Shown here: piece by piece, positions 13,270 to 27,571 of the stretch
Layout of the letters: the number at the start of each line of letters is the position of its first letter
Numbering within the stretch: the stretch's first letter is position 1
Assembly (NCBI GenBank): GCA_002633005.1
Contig: NMRA01000394.1
Location: forward strand, 124,001 to 188,000
Reading direction: 5' to 3'
DNA from: Phoronis australis
Taxonomy: Eukaryota; Animalia; Phoronida
Length of the DNA stretch: 64,000 nucleotides
The notes under the pieces: generated by a model
The model's database searches: none
Told to the model about the DNA's origin: nothing
What the model saw: only the letters and a program-made list of their open reading frames with translations
Position numbers and translations under genes: made by a program

Positions 13270-16200
13270 CAATTCTTCACTCAAAGTGAAAGGGATCTTC
13301 TCATAGAGTCGTGGGAGGCAGGAATGAGGCGGGAGAATTCCCCTATGGTCGTTGATATGGCAGAACGTTTAGGTTGTGGTGCGAAGCGAATAAAGGTGAG
13401 ATTTAGTAAAACTACACCAGAGTTCAGATTATGTAGGCAAATGTGCTTGTGGTCCTTTCAGTATTAGAAAAATTGAAATGAAATGTTTGAGACATCACCA
13501 GATGAGGGTTGGAAGGTGTAGAGCGGGAAGAACTTCAGGAATTTGAGAGCCAATTAAGTAATTCACGTTACTGCTGTCACTTTGTTTAGTCAAATGGTAA
13601 TAGACCGTTTGCAAAACTGATTCACTGCTCCAATGCATACCTGCTACGATTTTTATGGTTTTTACGAGTTGCGTGTAACACAGTGTTACACTTTTGTCTC
13701 TGTTGTGTACATAATTTTGTCCACTTACCTCCAATTCTGATTGTTAATTACTTAATGTTTTGTTTTGCTAGAACTGGATCAGTAACTATCGGAAGCAGGT
13801 TGAGGGGAGGACATATAACAGAAAAAAGTCCCTATATGTTAAGGGCAAGAGCTCTTTTAATCAGTTTTGTGAAGAAAAAAGTGAGTATCCTCAGGTGGCA
13901 TTAGGTAACTACTTAGCTTTTTTCTGTATGCACATTTTCTTGCCTTGCTACAAAATGTCGATTTACTTAGAGTTTTGTCTGAATTCAATGAAAACTTCCT
14001 TTCTTGTGACTGAATTCACAGGCTTTGATGCTTACTCTTTTCAGAATGAGTTTCATAAATTTATTGTACAGTGTAGGTGCATTTCAATGTATTTGATTTG
14101 TAGGGTTGATAATGAGATTTTTTACACTTGGCTACCTTAATATAGATATGTGTGTAACTATGTATATGTATATGTATATATTGAATGTCATGTCTGTTAC
14201 CTTTTAAGTAACAAAATTTTTATTTTAACGAGGGTAGTATTGCGAAAAATCTGAAAATTCATTTTTTCTTCAAGCATGCTTTCTATGCATTAGGAACCTC
14301 TGTAGTAAATTACCTATGCGGTATATGTAATTGGTTCTGACCCAAAAGACTGCTGTGTAAACAAAAAATGACAGACATACAGAGAAGTTTGGCCAATAGT
14401 AAACCATGGCTATGCTGCCAATCTCACATTTTGTTAGAGATAGATATAGATCTCATGCTTATGAAAAGTTTTAAATACTATGTTCTAATAGCTTTCACAC
14501 AGTTTTATGAAGCTTGAAATACTCTAAGATTGCTCACTCCAATGTGGCTTTGTTCCTAGAGTCATCAACTGGAGTCGCAGATTTCAAAGCATGGGCCACT
14601 GAATGGAATGGGTTGAGTGCTTTTACCAAAAACCAATATAAGGAGAAGGCTCAGTCCAGTCAGCAGCTTCAGAACTCACCGAAAACCACAACGAAGCTGC
14701 TGACTATGCTGAAATCTGTGGTGAGTTTTATATCTGGACACTAAGGGTACAGTCAGTAGAGTAGGGACCTGTTGGCAAGATAGCTATTGTACATTTTTGC
14801 TTCTAAAATCACTACATAATGATTCCCTGTGTTCGTTCCATTTCGTATAGTCACTTCCTTAGTTTCATTTGTTCGTTCTCCAAATTCTTCTAATTTGAGC
14901 TGTTATACTGGAGCAGACATTTGCCATCAAGCCAGGTCCCGCAAATGAATATTGGGCACTTAAGAGCACAAAGTTAATCCATTCTCTGAGCAGATTGATT
15001 GTTAGAATTTTTGTGTGTTCTGGCACTTAGACCAGTTAAAAACCTCACGGCCGACTTACCATTGTTAAAAACATGGTCATTACTTCACCTTAGGGCGAAC
15101 AACATTTAGACGTAGGTTGCGCAACATAACAGGTAAGATGTACACTTAAGATAATGCAACTGTAGCTTCTGGCACATTTTGAGTAATTTCAGTACTACCC
15201 ATTGTTTAGCTCATGTTATTATGTTTAGGTGGAATCTCTCAAAACGGTTGGTGTGGTTTGTGGTGGCATTGTCTATGAAGTAGACAAGGAATTGCCAACA
15301 GTGTTTGGTGTTGAACCTGCGCTCTCCTTCTTCAATGAGCATCACATTTTAACAGGATTCTGTCGTCTGTTTGACCAAGGTAATGTGTTTGTTGTGTTTC
15401 TATGCCCTCTTATTTAACCATGTCATTTATTTCATGTACTTGTCAGTGCTTTGATTTTTGTTGTCTGTAGTTGATTTTTCTTTTCTCGAAATGCAACTGT
15501 TGAATGCTTCAGACATCCAGAAATCTGCAACCTTAATTATGCTATAGATAAACTAAGTTTGAAGTACTTTTCCTAGCAAATGCACCCCAGAAGTACTAAA
15601 ATTGTGTTGTAGTGTAATGCATCAACTGAAGAAAATGTTGAAAGTTGGTTTACTTAACTGCTTGCTTGAACTTGTTACATCAATATTTTTATTTCGCTGA
15701 CAGATAAGCCACGGATTGTTGAAGACAGGAGGGCTCAAGTTCAAAAAATCTTCAACGATGAGTTCTGTAGGTAGCTTAATATTTCTATTTTGCTTTGTTA
15801 TCTTAAGTGGTCTTATTTGTACTTCTAAATTAGAGACAAAATACCTTTTGAGATGGACTATAAAACCATTTTTAGTCCATTGCAATTATTATTCTTAGAA
15901 GAAGATTTTGCTACATTACAGAGAACAAATTGTTTTCAATGAATTGTTGCTGCATGAAATTAACTTTTATTTCCTGGTACGTGTTTCAGCAAGAGCTGTC
16001 GGAAAACGACAAAAAGTGCCCTACAAGCAGCTGGGGAAAACATTGGAGGTTTCACATAATTTGGGAGAGGGGATTATCTTTAAGAGGCCAGGTGCCTATG
16101 GCATAAAAACCCTGGAAAAAATTATCAATTTCCACAGAGATAGTGGCGTGGAACTGTGTGTGAAGAGGTGAGTATCTGATACGACACACAGTATTAAACA

Positions 16201-19200
16201 ATGCTACTACCACCGTCACGTGAGGTCATATTATGATAGCTGCAAGTAATCACGCAATACTTGCTCGAGTCAGTGTTCGGCTTTCATCATGGGTGCCGCA
16301 GCCAAAATACTACCTTAACTAATGCCTAACAATGGCACACCTTGCCAGCATACAATACTTTTAGTGAATCTGTCTACTTCTAAGACTGATGTAAATAGTT
16401 ATTTACAATAACGTAGTTCTGGAGTCTAAAAGTGATTACACCTACTACTTTTATTAAATTGTTTGCAATTATTTCGTCCTTTGTTAAATTAGCTATCTTA
16501 ATTGTAATATTTGCTGCACATCAGACTTATATGGGAACGTGTTTATTTCTGTTGGCAGTTTTTTTTATCTTACCTCTGATTCATTTTACTGCATGTATTT
16601 GGAATTTTTATGGCATTTGACAAATTAAGCTATGTAGCTAACAGACATCAGTGCAGTGAGTGGGTATTCTTTCCAGTTTGATTACAAGTTGTGTTATCAT
16701 AAGTGAGAACATTTTTAGGTTGGAGAGTGAGCGGAGCAGTGAAGTAGAACCTGTACAGAACCAGGAAGTGGGTATGTTACATTAATTTGGCCTTGACTTA
16801 GATGAGTCACTTACTACCATGATGTTCCATAGATAAGCCCATGCCACGAAACCCTTGTGGGCATTTATTTGGGAAAGTATGTCGAATAAATGTCCATGGG
16901 TGTTATCCCCTTAAAAGCCCACTTAGCATCAATTGTCAGTTCTGTGGAGAATTTATCATTTCTAAAAATGAACCATGCATGTTATTAATGGAATATTTAA
17001 AAACACAGTGTGAAGTGAAAAATATTGGGAAACCTCTTCAAATAATTCTAGACATTTGTGTAGCCAAAACTCTTCTTTTCCCAATAAGCATTTAGGCGTT
17101 TATTTGATGTTACTGAAATGCAGGCTCATGGGCTTATCTACTCAAAATCCAGGTATAATGTGCCAGTGAAAGTAGTTGTTGCAGTACATGCCTGCTTATA
17201 TAATTTTGGCAGAAAGAAAATACGCATATGCACTGTCCATTATCATGTTTAATACATTCAGGGAATGATTGCTGTTGAAACACTACGTTGCTCAAAGATG
17301 TGTTATAGAAATGCCAATATGGGCATTGCCACAAAAATCATCTTAAGAATTTTGGATTAAAACACTTCAAAAATGGGGTTGGTCAGCTATTACAACATTT
17401 GAAGACTCTATAGTACACACGTCGTAGAATCTTTTGGTGCATCATGTAAAATTGGCTAAATTTAAAGGTAAAAATGTTCCCAATTTTTTTAATATTGTTG
17501 TAGATTAAACTAAAAGAACGATTTTACTACCTATACTATATGCGATGAAATCTCTTTGGCAGATTGTGATATTCGCTCTTCAACTACTTTACAGTAACTG
17601 GGTACAGCCTGCTTTATGGTTTATCTGAGTTATGTCGTATGTTACCACTTCAGCTGTACTTTGTTAAACAAATTGTTTGAGGATTAGGCACTCAAGCAGT
17701 GTTCTTGATGACCGATTCTTGCTACCTGTTTGATTTTTCCTCTGATTTATTTAAATAGTACATGACACAATTGATATTTTTATTTTGAACAAAGAAATAT
17801 GTGTGTTTGCCATGATATGCACAGATTGTGAATAGTTAATTTGATAGACTGTATTATGATAATCACTATTAATTACGCCAATGTATTTGTTACTTTTATA
17901 TTTGTATATGGGCTGGAATAAATTGAGTAAATTATTTTTCTGAAAAAGTATGTGGAGCCTTTAGGTCAAATTTTGGAGTTAGCCTCAAGTCACTTTCATG
18001 AAATATGTGCTTGAACACATCCCTCACTACACAAGTTTACTGGCATCATGAGCTAATGTTAAGCACACTGAGATTATCTGGGGAAATTGATTACAAAGAT
18101 GACAATAGAACCCCATTCTATTCTATTTGTAGCTTTTTCTAACTACCAGCAGCCAATGTGTATGAGAAAATTTTCATTTTTCACAGTTCATTTCAGCATC
18201 TGCTAATACTAAATTGACTTGAACATTTACAGCAGAATTACTTCAAGGAGTGCAGAGAGGCGAAGCTCACTTGGAGGCCGTAAGCGAAGGTATTAAGCTG
18301 TAAACTTGTGTGTCTTGTAATTTGCCTTTTTAGATATTTCCGAAGTGCTTTTCAGTTTCATTTGGTTCAAAAAGTCAATTGTCATAACTCGAAAATTTCT
18401 GGGTATTGGTGAAATTCAAACGTAAGCAATCTCTTTTTGTTGCTGTGTGTATGCACAGCATCAGGTGTTGCAGTGGTTGTACTTATAGTTGTGGTTCTAT
18501 GTTAACACAGCAAATACAAGCACAAAAGACAGACTTGTATGCAATCTCATATGTGATGAGCATTACCATGATTAGTCTATTTTCTTATTTCATGTGGTGT
18601 AAATCAATAAAGTGCTCCTTTAAAGTTGTAACCATTTGTTCCTTGCTTTAAGACAGACATTGCATTTATCTTACAGGAAATGGTGCTACTAGTGATGTCA
18701 CATCTGCAGGTTTGCAGGAACTGCCAATGATCACTTCATCAAATTCTCTGAGTAGGTGCTATTCCTCAAATGAATAACTTCCTTAAGTTACATGAAATCA
18801 TGGTATTATAGTTAAAGTGGCTGTACGTCGTTAGTCGACGAATGTGTTAATGAAGCATGTTATCCCTGTTAAACTTTTCAAAATTACTGCCCGTCTAGGG
18901 ATAAGCACAAAAAAGTGAATTGGTTTGCTCAGTGATGATGTTCTATTGATATAATCATTAAACAATCTTTATACGTCACTATCAGATCAAGGTATACTGG
19001 GGCTTGGGGGAAGTCTGAATGGTTATTACTAAATCATTTGAAAATTTGCTGATCATTTTTACTTCAAAACTTTTTTGATTTTAACGGAAAGAAATATCTT
19101 CACCTTTTTTGAAAATTACTTGGTGTAATTTTTATTATGAATGGAAAGTATAATATCAGACTTAACTAAGACTTTGCACATCACATAAAATACTTTAGAA

Positions 19201-22200
19201 GAAAAATATAAAAAAGATTGGTTGTGTTTTTGATTTGCAAAAAATACCATGTCCTTTGTTCAGAGTTATTTGGGTATCAGGGCAGTTGTTTACGTGTGAG
19301 TGTTGCTGTTATAATGTGCCTTTGACTATATTTGTAGCAGAAGATGTTTTGGCGGAAGACGTTTTGGCGGAAGACGTTTTGGCGAAAGATGTTTTGGCAG
19401 AAGACACGGAGACAGTACGTGTAAAGACATCAGGTATATGATAAAGTTATTATGTAATCCCATATAGATGACATGACTCCCATTTGACTCTACCTTTGAC
19501 CTGGCGCAAGATGATTGCTGTCAGCGGTCAAAGTAGACAAAGAGGTGGAGTTGGCAAGTTGCTAATGACTTGAATTACCATTAGTACTTATATTTTCGAT
19601 GTTGCGATGATTGTAATTTCCCGAATGTCTATTGTGGAATCAACAAATTTTGTTCATGACTACCGTAGAAGTGGTAAACTGAGGAGCTGCACAGGACTTA
19701 GAATTCTCCTCTTTTTGGTTTCGATTTCCAGTTTACTCTTGTTTTGACTATTTTTATCAATCATTGTTTTTACTTTATTCATACTAAAACATTTGAGTCA
19801 AACTTTACAACTCAAAAAAAATTATTTCTGTCTCACAAGCCTTCTTTATTTGTGGAACAATACATCACCTGGAAAATTTGCCTCTTTTTGTCACTGGGCA
19901 TTCTAAGCCCTGGTCATAGCACTTTTTGAACTAAGCTAGACAGTCAAAATTCTAAAGTTAATTCACACTTGTTTCATGGGACCACATTTCATAGCTTTCC
20001 ATGGTTTTGGTCTCGAGGAATTACCATTCAGCAATTCAAGTAATGACACCATGGAGTCAATTTTCTTCTTCTGGACACATGCACCTGGTCATTTTTAGTG
20101 TAAACGTGACTACAGTCTGTCAAATATTTACTCATAAAGTATGTAACCAACATAATTAGCTACGTAACTGATATGTATGTCTAATGCCCTTTGCTGATTT
20201 ACTGCTTTGCAGCTCTGTAAAATTTGCTCATTTCCTTGATGGATAATTGGTTTACATAGAAGCATATGTTCACATTCATTTTAAACCGCTCAAATTAAAC
20301 GATTTCCTTGGACATAGAAAGTTTGTTAATGTTGAAATCCATGCTCAACAAGTTGGCTTGTCACAGCGAGTATGTTGTTACGCCTTCTGTTGTTTTGAGC
20401 AATATTTGTTGGTCCAGAAATTTCATTATTCAGTATTCAGTATTCAGGATTTTAGCAGCTTTAATAATGTTAGCCTTTTATTGTTGTTAGCACATTTTGT
20501 ATTGGATTCCTGTTTGTCGCAGATGAAATCTTCAAAATGATGGAAGCAGGTGATGTCCGCATGGTGGAAATGATTGATAATTCGGAGACCGTCAGTAAGT
20601 TGTGTGTTGTGTGCTCACCTTACCTTATAATCAACATTTTTCATTTTTACTTTATGGTCTGCAACAACGTTCCTTAGACCTGAACATTTTTCTAATACCT
20701 AAAGTATCCGTTTTCATATAGCAAACTTAAATTTCAATAACTTAACAACCTCATTGCAATCACCGTTTGTGTTGATGTATTGGTAACAAGATCGCTTATT
20801 ATTTCTTGTACTTTGTTACACCATAGATATTGTAATTCTGTTGGTTATCATTCCTTTTAAAATTTATTGTTATTACAATTGTTAATCTGCCTGCATATAA
20901 TGCTTTCTTTTTGCACACAGTAAATGTATAACTGGTGTAATTATTAAGGTGGAATGAACAGTAATAATCTCTCTTGGTCTACTATGTCATGAAGTTAAGT
21001 CTACAAGGTAGATGGACATAAATTAAAATGTACCTTCTTAGCAGAGGTGTTTTTTGTCATTTACAAGTGACTGGTATCTCATTGTATCATTCTATTTTGT
21101 GTCTGTGGTTTCATACTCCTTGGATGACCCTGACCTATTGAATAAACTTTCATACTCCTGCTCATTGCTCTCTAAATCCTGACTAAGACATTTGAAAAAC
21201 CAAACAGTGGTTGATGTGGTTTATTCTTTTACAGAAAACGTTCAAACAAGTCCTGAGTGTAATGCTTCTGGGGAACCTTCTGATAGTAAGTTTCAAATGG
21301 TTTGTTGTCATGATACTATGAAGAGCAGAGTTACCAATCAAACCTGAATACCTGGTAGTCTACCTATTTTCTTGGATTTGAGCTAAAAATTTTGGCTTCA
21401 AACTTTGAGAATGACTCAATGATTGGTACAAAAAGGTTTTTGCTCTAGACATTAAGCCAATAATGTAAACCACTCCACAATGAAGTAGCGGTTTTGACAG
21501 CAAAACTTGTGGATTGTGATAGGGTAATTACTGTTTTATTTAACATTGTGTTGGCAGACATGAGAGAGATACTGAATTCTTCAAAGTCAAAAATCCATCC
21601 ACTATGCTATCTCATTACATATGAACTGAATGTAATGAACGTAAGCCTATTTTAAGGGCACATAAGTAGTCTTAGAAAGTATAGTTTTTTGGTGTATTTT
21701 CATATCCTTTCAAACTTCAATGCATGTTTTGCACAATCCCTGTAGATTTAAGGTGCATGACTCAAGAAAACATTTCACCTATAATGCACTTCTTTATATT
21801 CTTAATGAAATTGTTTTAGTTGACCAACCATCTCAGGTCTCAGAATGGCTTGGCTTTTTGTCTGCTACATGAAAACTATCATTGAAACCAAATATCCTTG
21901 TTTTCTTATAGTGGAAGTCGTTGAGTCTGAGAGAGAGGTAATACCTGAAGGTAAGACACTGGTACTAAGTAAAATTACGGAAATTTATCTTTAATTGTTT
22001 TCCAGGTTATACGTTGAGGTCTGTAATTGAGAAAAGCCTTTAATGCACCCTTTATTTACAACATTCTCAAGTTGCAATGCGAAATAGTGAATCTAGGGTT
22101 AATTTGTGTTGGAGTTGCATAAGGTGATAGTTTACCAACCAACATGGCCACTAAGGACAGTGAAACTTTTGGAAATTGTGAATGTTTCGTAAATAATTGC

Positions 22201-23221
22201 AGGTGGTCTGATACACGTTGTACCAGACGTGTGCAGGCCTCGCATGTAGGCCCATTGCACTGATCACCTGGAAATATTTTTAAGCTTTATTAATGTATGG
22301 TTAAAACCGAGCTGAGGAGCTAAAAACCTGGCTCAAGGGTTTAGCAGTCTGACCTGGTGGGACTTGAACTCACTACCTCGAGTAAAGAAAGCGGGCACTT
22401 ATCAACCAGGCCACACTGTCTCCTCCGTAAGGCATTTGGTGAACTAAAGGCTTTAGGCAAAATTGTGATCTTGGTCATTTTATTGAACTGTTTGCCCTAC
22501 TGAATAAAACAGTTAAAACTTTGTAAAATTTGATAATTTGTAAGCCAAATATTTCTGAATCATGTCCTCGTATGCTTTTAAAACATCAGTGTAGCATGAA
22601 ACATTCTACAACTCTTTGGAAATCTTGAAATCAAGAAATATTTAAATCTCTTTATAGGAATTGCAAGATTTTTTAAAGAGGTTGGAAGAATTCCATGCAG
22701 CACTCTTAATCGAAAAATAATGTAAACTGGTATTGGAACATGTGAGAACAGAAATTTTATCCTTTTCATTCATATGAAACTGACCCCAAAAGTTCGCAAA
22801 TCAATATTTCCCTGTCAGTCTTTTGTTATTCGTAATCTAATTGTGAAATGTTTTATATCATCTAAAAATTCATTTATCCCTCTCTTGTATTTTTTCTGAT
22901 TTTGATTAACTGCAAATGTTTTTTATAAGACTCCGTTTGCCGTTGAATCTGAATACTGCTTTGGTCTGATAGTGTCAGTCATGTTGGCCACTTTTAGTGC
23001 ACATATTAACACTCTGGGTTGCTCTTGTTACGTAGTTGTGTAACTGAAATAGTCTTAATTTTACAGGCATGTATGTTGTAAAGGAAGTTGTCGATGTTGT
23101 AAAGGGAAAAGGAAGACGGAGGCAGTTTCGAGTTCTTTGGGAGGGTGGAGAGACATCTGTGGTGCCATACAGAAATATCGAGCATATTTTGAAGGACTAC
23201 TACCCGCATTGGTTAGCATAA
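13270..23221 (+). CDS. Multidomain chromatin protein: divergent homeodomain + HMG box + unknown domain + acidic linker + C-terminal chromodomain, 14 exons, ~460 aa; start codon uncertain (in-frame ATG at 13249)
   Basis: Exons 13270-13395, 13772-13880, 14560-14720, 15229-15379, 15704-15766, 15990-16167, 16719-16771, 18233-18289, 18677-18751, 19338-19433, 20523-20594, 21235-21285, 21912-21950, 23067-23221. All are GT-AG and in frame (1386 nt). FTQSERDLL..MAERLG..RIK|NWISNYRK is homeodomain-like; SSFNQFC..AWATEWNGLS..KNQYKEKA is HMG-like; YVVKEVVDVVKGKGRRRQFRVLWEGGETSVVPYRNI is chromo-like. The small linker exons are the least certain. Confidence 0.82.
22200..22418 (-). mobile_element. tRNA-derived SINE in an intron of the plus-strand gene
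   Basis: The minus strand reads gtgtggcctggttgataagtg...gagttcaagtccc (Pol III A and B boxes). No complete cloverleaf; 3' boundary approximate. Confidence 0.55.
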
Positions 23222-24863
23222 TGGCTATAAATGATGGACTTCCTTAACTGCTGAAGACTTCTTAGTTGATCCTGTTCTGAACCTTTTGTAGTTCGCGTTT
23301 TTGAAAGAACATTGTTCTCTTTCATGTCATTCAAAGAGAAAGTTATATCATACTTTGGCCGAAGTCGTACTTTTACTAATCACAAACTCATTTCTCCGAT
23401 TGCATAGAAGACTGCCTTTTCGTGTTATATTGCAAATTCACAAACATCTCAATTGTGCTAGCTTTGGAATGTGAGTTAATTCATGTCTGTGATTGGTTTC
23501 CATTATTGCACTCTAAATCGACCAGTTTTGCCTGAAGCCATTTGGTTTCCTGAAACTAATTGAGAGATTACAAGACACCACTTTGTAGTGTGTAATGATT
23601 TATCATCGAATCGGGGTTCAAGGATATGTCCCGATTAATTTTTTAGAGAGAAGAGAGTTGTGGTCTCTGTATTTGACACATCATACATTTCTGCTTGTCC
23701 AGGTGTGTGGTGGACTCCTGTCTGTTTTCAAACCAACTAAGTGAAATTACAGTATTATAGTAGATCTCATTATTGTTAGAGGCTTGCTGACAGTACTACA
23801 ATTTTTCTATTGGCTTGGTTAATGTTTGTCCTAGTGTCTTGATTAAAAAACTTCAGGTTTCATATCATTAAGTTGCATTGACTGTTAAGTAGTACAGGCA
23901 TGGTTCTTGAATATTGTTCATTTTAAACTTAATGATTATCTATCCAGAATTGTTTTGTAATAAAACTTGAGTATCCTATGAATTTTATTATTGTGCTGTA
24001 TCACCACTAAGACACACCAGAAGAATCAGGAAACTGTGCCATATAATTATGTGGAAGTGTCAGAAGTATTTTCTGAACCATAATAGAATATAGTACTTAG
24101 TTTTTTCTTATAGCATAGGCTCATGAGAGAGGATATCTTTGTTGGTGTGAGACCCCAAGACCAGACAGAAAAAAACTCCTGAATTCGGAGTACAAATTGC
24201 TGGCGCAAACGAAATGTTACTCATCCTCATCAAACGATTTGGAATGAAAATTGAAAGGAAAGCCACTGGCATTAAGTCTGTGGTGCACTTGGAGAAATTA
24301 TATGGGCGTTTTAGCCTAGTAACCCTCACTTTGTCCAATATGGGGCGTCAGTGATTAGCGCAAGACAGGAGATTGTAGGACTACGTTTTCCTACTGTGAC
24401 TGTTACAGGATCAGCTCTGGTCCCTGCACAAGGTTTTGTTTAATTTGTGACCTTACCCACGTAATAAAGCTGTCTCGAGGGATAATTGTCACCGACTCCG
24501 TTCAATGAAATCGGTCTTTGTGCCTCGGTCAATATCCTTTCATCAGTGCTCTCACCAAACTTGTGGGCAAGTGCTGGAATGCTAGTTGCTGTGCGTCAAG
24601 AAATTCTTGTCATGTCATGTGGTACAGAATTTAGTTCATGACGTAAAATAAAAAGTTTTCTATACTATGTTGAATTAAGGAAGGACGCTGTGAAGGACCT
24701 CGGGTCTGGCATCCCATAAATTATGGTACAAATTTAGTTCTAAACACAAGTAAGGATACACACTATGTATGGTGAACAAATACGTGAACGTATTGTTCTA
24801 GAAAAAGAACATTACTACTTTGACTACTTTTGATATGCATCGGAACGACTAGTGGGTCGTTAT

Positions 24864-24924
24864 CATGGGCGGCGCACCTGAGGAGGCTTTAGCCCCCCAC
24901 TTTTTCAGTGCTGCGCCGTCCATG
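24864..24924. mobile_element. 61-bp mini-MITE with 5-bp TSD
   Basis: gttat|catgggcggcgca ... tgcgccgtccatg|gttat. Confidence 0.75.
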
Positions 24925-27505
24925 GTTATTATTACTCCGAGGAAAACCGCCGCGCAATCCCGGGTGGTGGAAGGTATAATCCGTGTACGCTTTTTAAAAG
25001 CTTTGAAGAAAGCGCCCTGGAGAGTCTAAAGACAGCGAAAACCTATTACAAGTGGAAATGAAAAAAAAATGAAGTTACCTCACTGGATTTAAAGTTTCGG
25101 ACCTCGTGGCGGAGTATTTGTAACTGAGTAACGGACGACAAGAACAATTTAACGATGGGGTTTATTTGCTCAGTTTTAGGTATGCTGGAGTGAAATGGCG
25201 GAATCTGTCACTCATTGACATTTTTAACTTTTTAAATGCCTTTAAAAAGCCATATACAATTGAAATGCTCCTCGGAAATCATACCCAATGGGGAGGTTGA
25301 ACTCCTTATTGTCGAAATATACCCGAAGAGCGTTACGGCGAATAAGGTACCTTTCACAATTTTTTAACGTGGTATCGAAGTTTTTTCACGTGCTCCCCAG
25401 GTGTATAAGATATATGTTCAGTGAGCATTTTGCAGCCCCCAATGGCCTATCACCGATTGGACAGCATGTTCGTCTTCATTAATCAATACTAAAATTCCCA
25501 GTAAAACTGCGGCTGAGGGCTATCAAAAATAGTAAACCGCACCATTCCAAAGATAACGTGGGTTTCACAGGACCGAAATCAGTGACGCTTGGTTATTTGT
25601 AAACATGGGGCAGGGGTTCAAGATTGACGATGACTTTAGGATCGTACCCTTTATTTTTGAGAATCATTCTACCCGACTTGTTGGAGAGTGCGACGTTCAG
25701 TATTTATGCTTTACCGGCGGCACCGATAACATTTAACCGAGAATATCCTACGTTAAGAATGTACGCATAGTCAGCGGCTACATGTTGGGTTTACAGGTAA
25801 ATTCACACTGGCAAGGTGATCAATTGGGAAATTTTTACGTTTACAACGGAGTTGGATACAGAGTTTCCAGGATATTTAATCCCCTGCCATAGACGCACTG
25901 ATATCCAGTACGTCGGCTAATCACCACTGAACCACCCGTGACTGAACTCAATGTTTTAGGTACCGGGTACAGAGACACCGCCGAACTCCCGACCTCAGTG
26001 CACCCCAGTATACAGTGCTGCAGTGGGGCTAAGGCGCACGTCGGAGCAGCCGACAACGTTTTGGCATTTGAACGAAGCGCCTACGCACCAGTAATTACGT
26101 TCAGTGCTCAAGGTGATATGGTGGGCTTTGGGCACGTACCTCGAATTTTACCACTACAACACTGCCAGTATAAAATATTTATTACCCTCTCTTGCCCTAT
26201 AAAAAAGTTTCAAAGGATGTATAAATCCGCATGTTCACCTATCAGATAATAGGTTTCATTCCATTGTGTAGGGGGTATGTCCGTTATGAGTGGCAATATG
26301 CGGACTGCAAGTAAGCACCCGCATTCCTGAATCTTCACCTGACGTTTAGAATGTAGGCACCATAATTTCTAAGGCAATTCATCCGTTTTCATACATTTTC
26401 GGTGTTCCAAGAACTGTGGTCAGTTTTACGAAAACTGATTTAGAAAAGAAAAGTAAAATTTCAGTCAATTTTAGATACAAAGTAAATTTGGCTCAATAGA
26501 TATCTTAAGTTTGTCTTAAATGTCTTAATTCTGAAAGACTTCAGCATTTCGAACTTTCCAAGGTTTGGAAGTCGAAGCAAATCTTAAGACGTAGGGCAAA
26601 AATGAACTTGAGTGAGTTCTTTGCAATGGGCCCCAGGCTTGCGCTTATCTTGCCAAAACAGTTGGTGTATCATCGTCTTTTGTCACAGGTATTCAACAAT
26701 TATCAAGGCTGGGTGCTTAGGTATTGTATTAGTATTAGATTTCCGTAATCTACAACATGGATGAGTCAGCGCAGTTTGTCACTGGCCGGTACTGGAAGCT
26801 TTCCGTGCACTATTAAACTGAGAACTGGTTGCAGTTAACCACTTTATTACTCTTAATGGTGCATCCACAAGTCTACTAAAAAACCTTCAATGTAATATCT
26901 CTTCAATGCCCCAGTCAGTGCTGTGAAACCATAGGATGTGTTGAACTCGTGAGACACTTCCAGCAACTGTTAAATGTGCACGGTGTGTCTATATATCCAA
27001 CTTTCTATTGACTATACAGTGTACCTGCAACTGCTTAGTCAGTAAGTGCAATTCAACCATTCTGCAAACATTTTCTGGACTATAATTCTATATTAACAAC
27101 TAATATACCAGAAGGGTTCTCCAATATTCTATTGTAAATTAATTACATCATCTCTGGCCGGTCCTCCTTGGTCATGTAAATCAAGCATAATGTACTACAT
27201 AATCAACAAATAGAATTATTACTTTCACCATGACTACAGTTCACAGTTGATGCCAGACCTCCTGTAGGTAAAATGCCACTTCTCTTTACTGATGTGGGCA
27301 CAGGTAGCCTGCTGACCAGACTAAGAAATGTTTACAGATAAAAATACAGAAATAACACAAACATTGAAAGTGATTAGTATAAAACAAAACATCTTTGCTA
27401 TAAATAATTTGACATAAAAATACACATACTGCTCACTAACAGAATCTACAAGTATATGCACAAAATGCATAACAGAAAACCTTCATAACAGGTATTTTTG
27501 CTTAA

Positions 27506-27571
27506 AGGCGAATGCAACCTTTTTCATGTCATTTTATCTAAAAATGATATGAAAAAAGGTTGACTTTGCCT
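27506..27571. mobile_element. 66-bp fold-back mini element flanked by TTAA (Kolobok-like)
   Basis: TTAA|aggcgaatgcaacctttttcatgtcatttt..aaaatgatatgaaaaaaggttgactttgcct|TTAA forms a near-complete hairpin. Confidence 0.7.
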
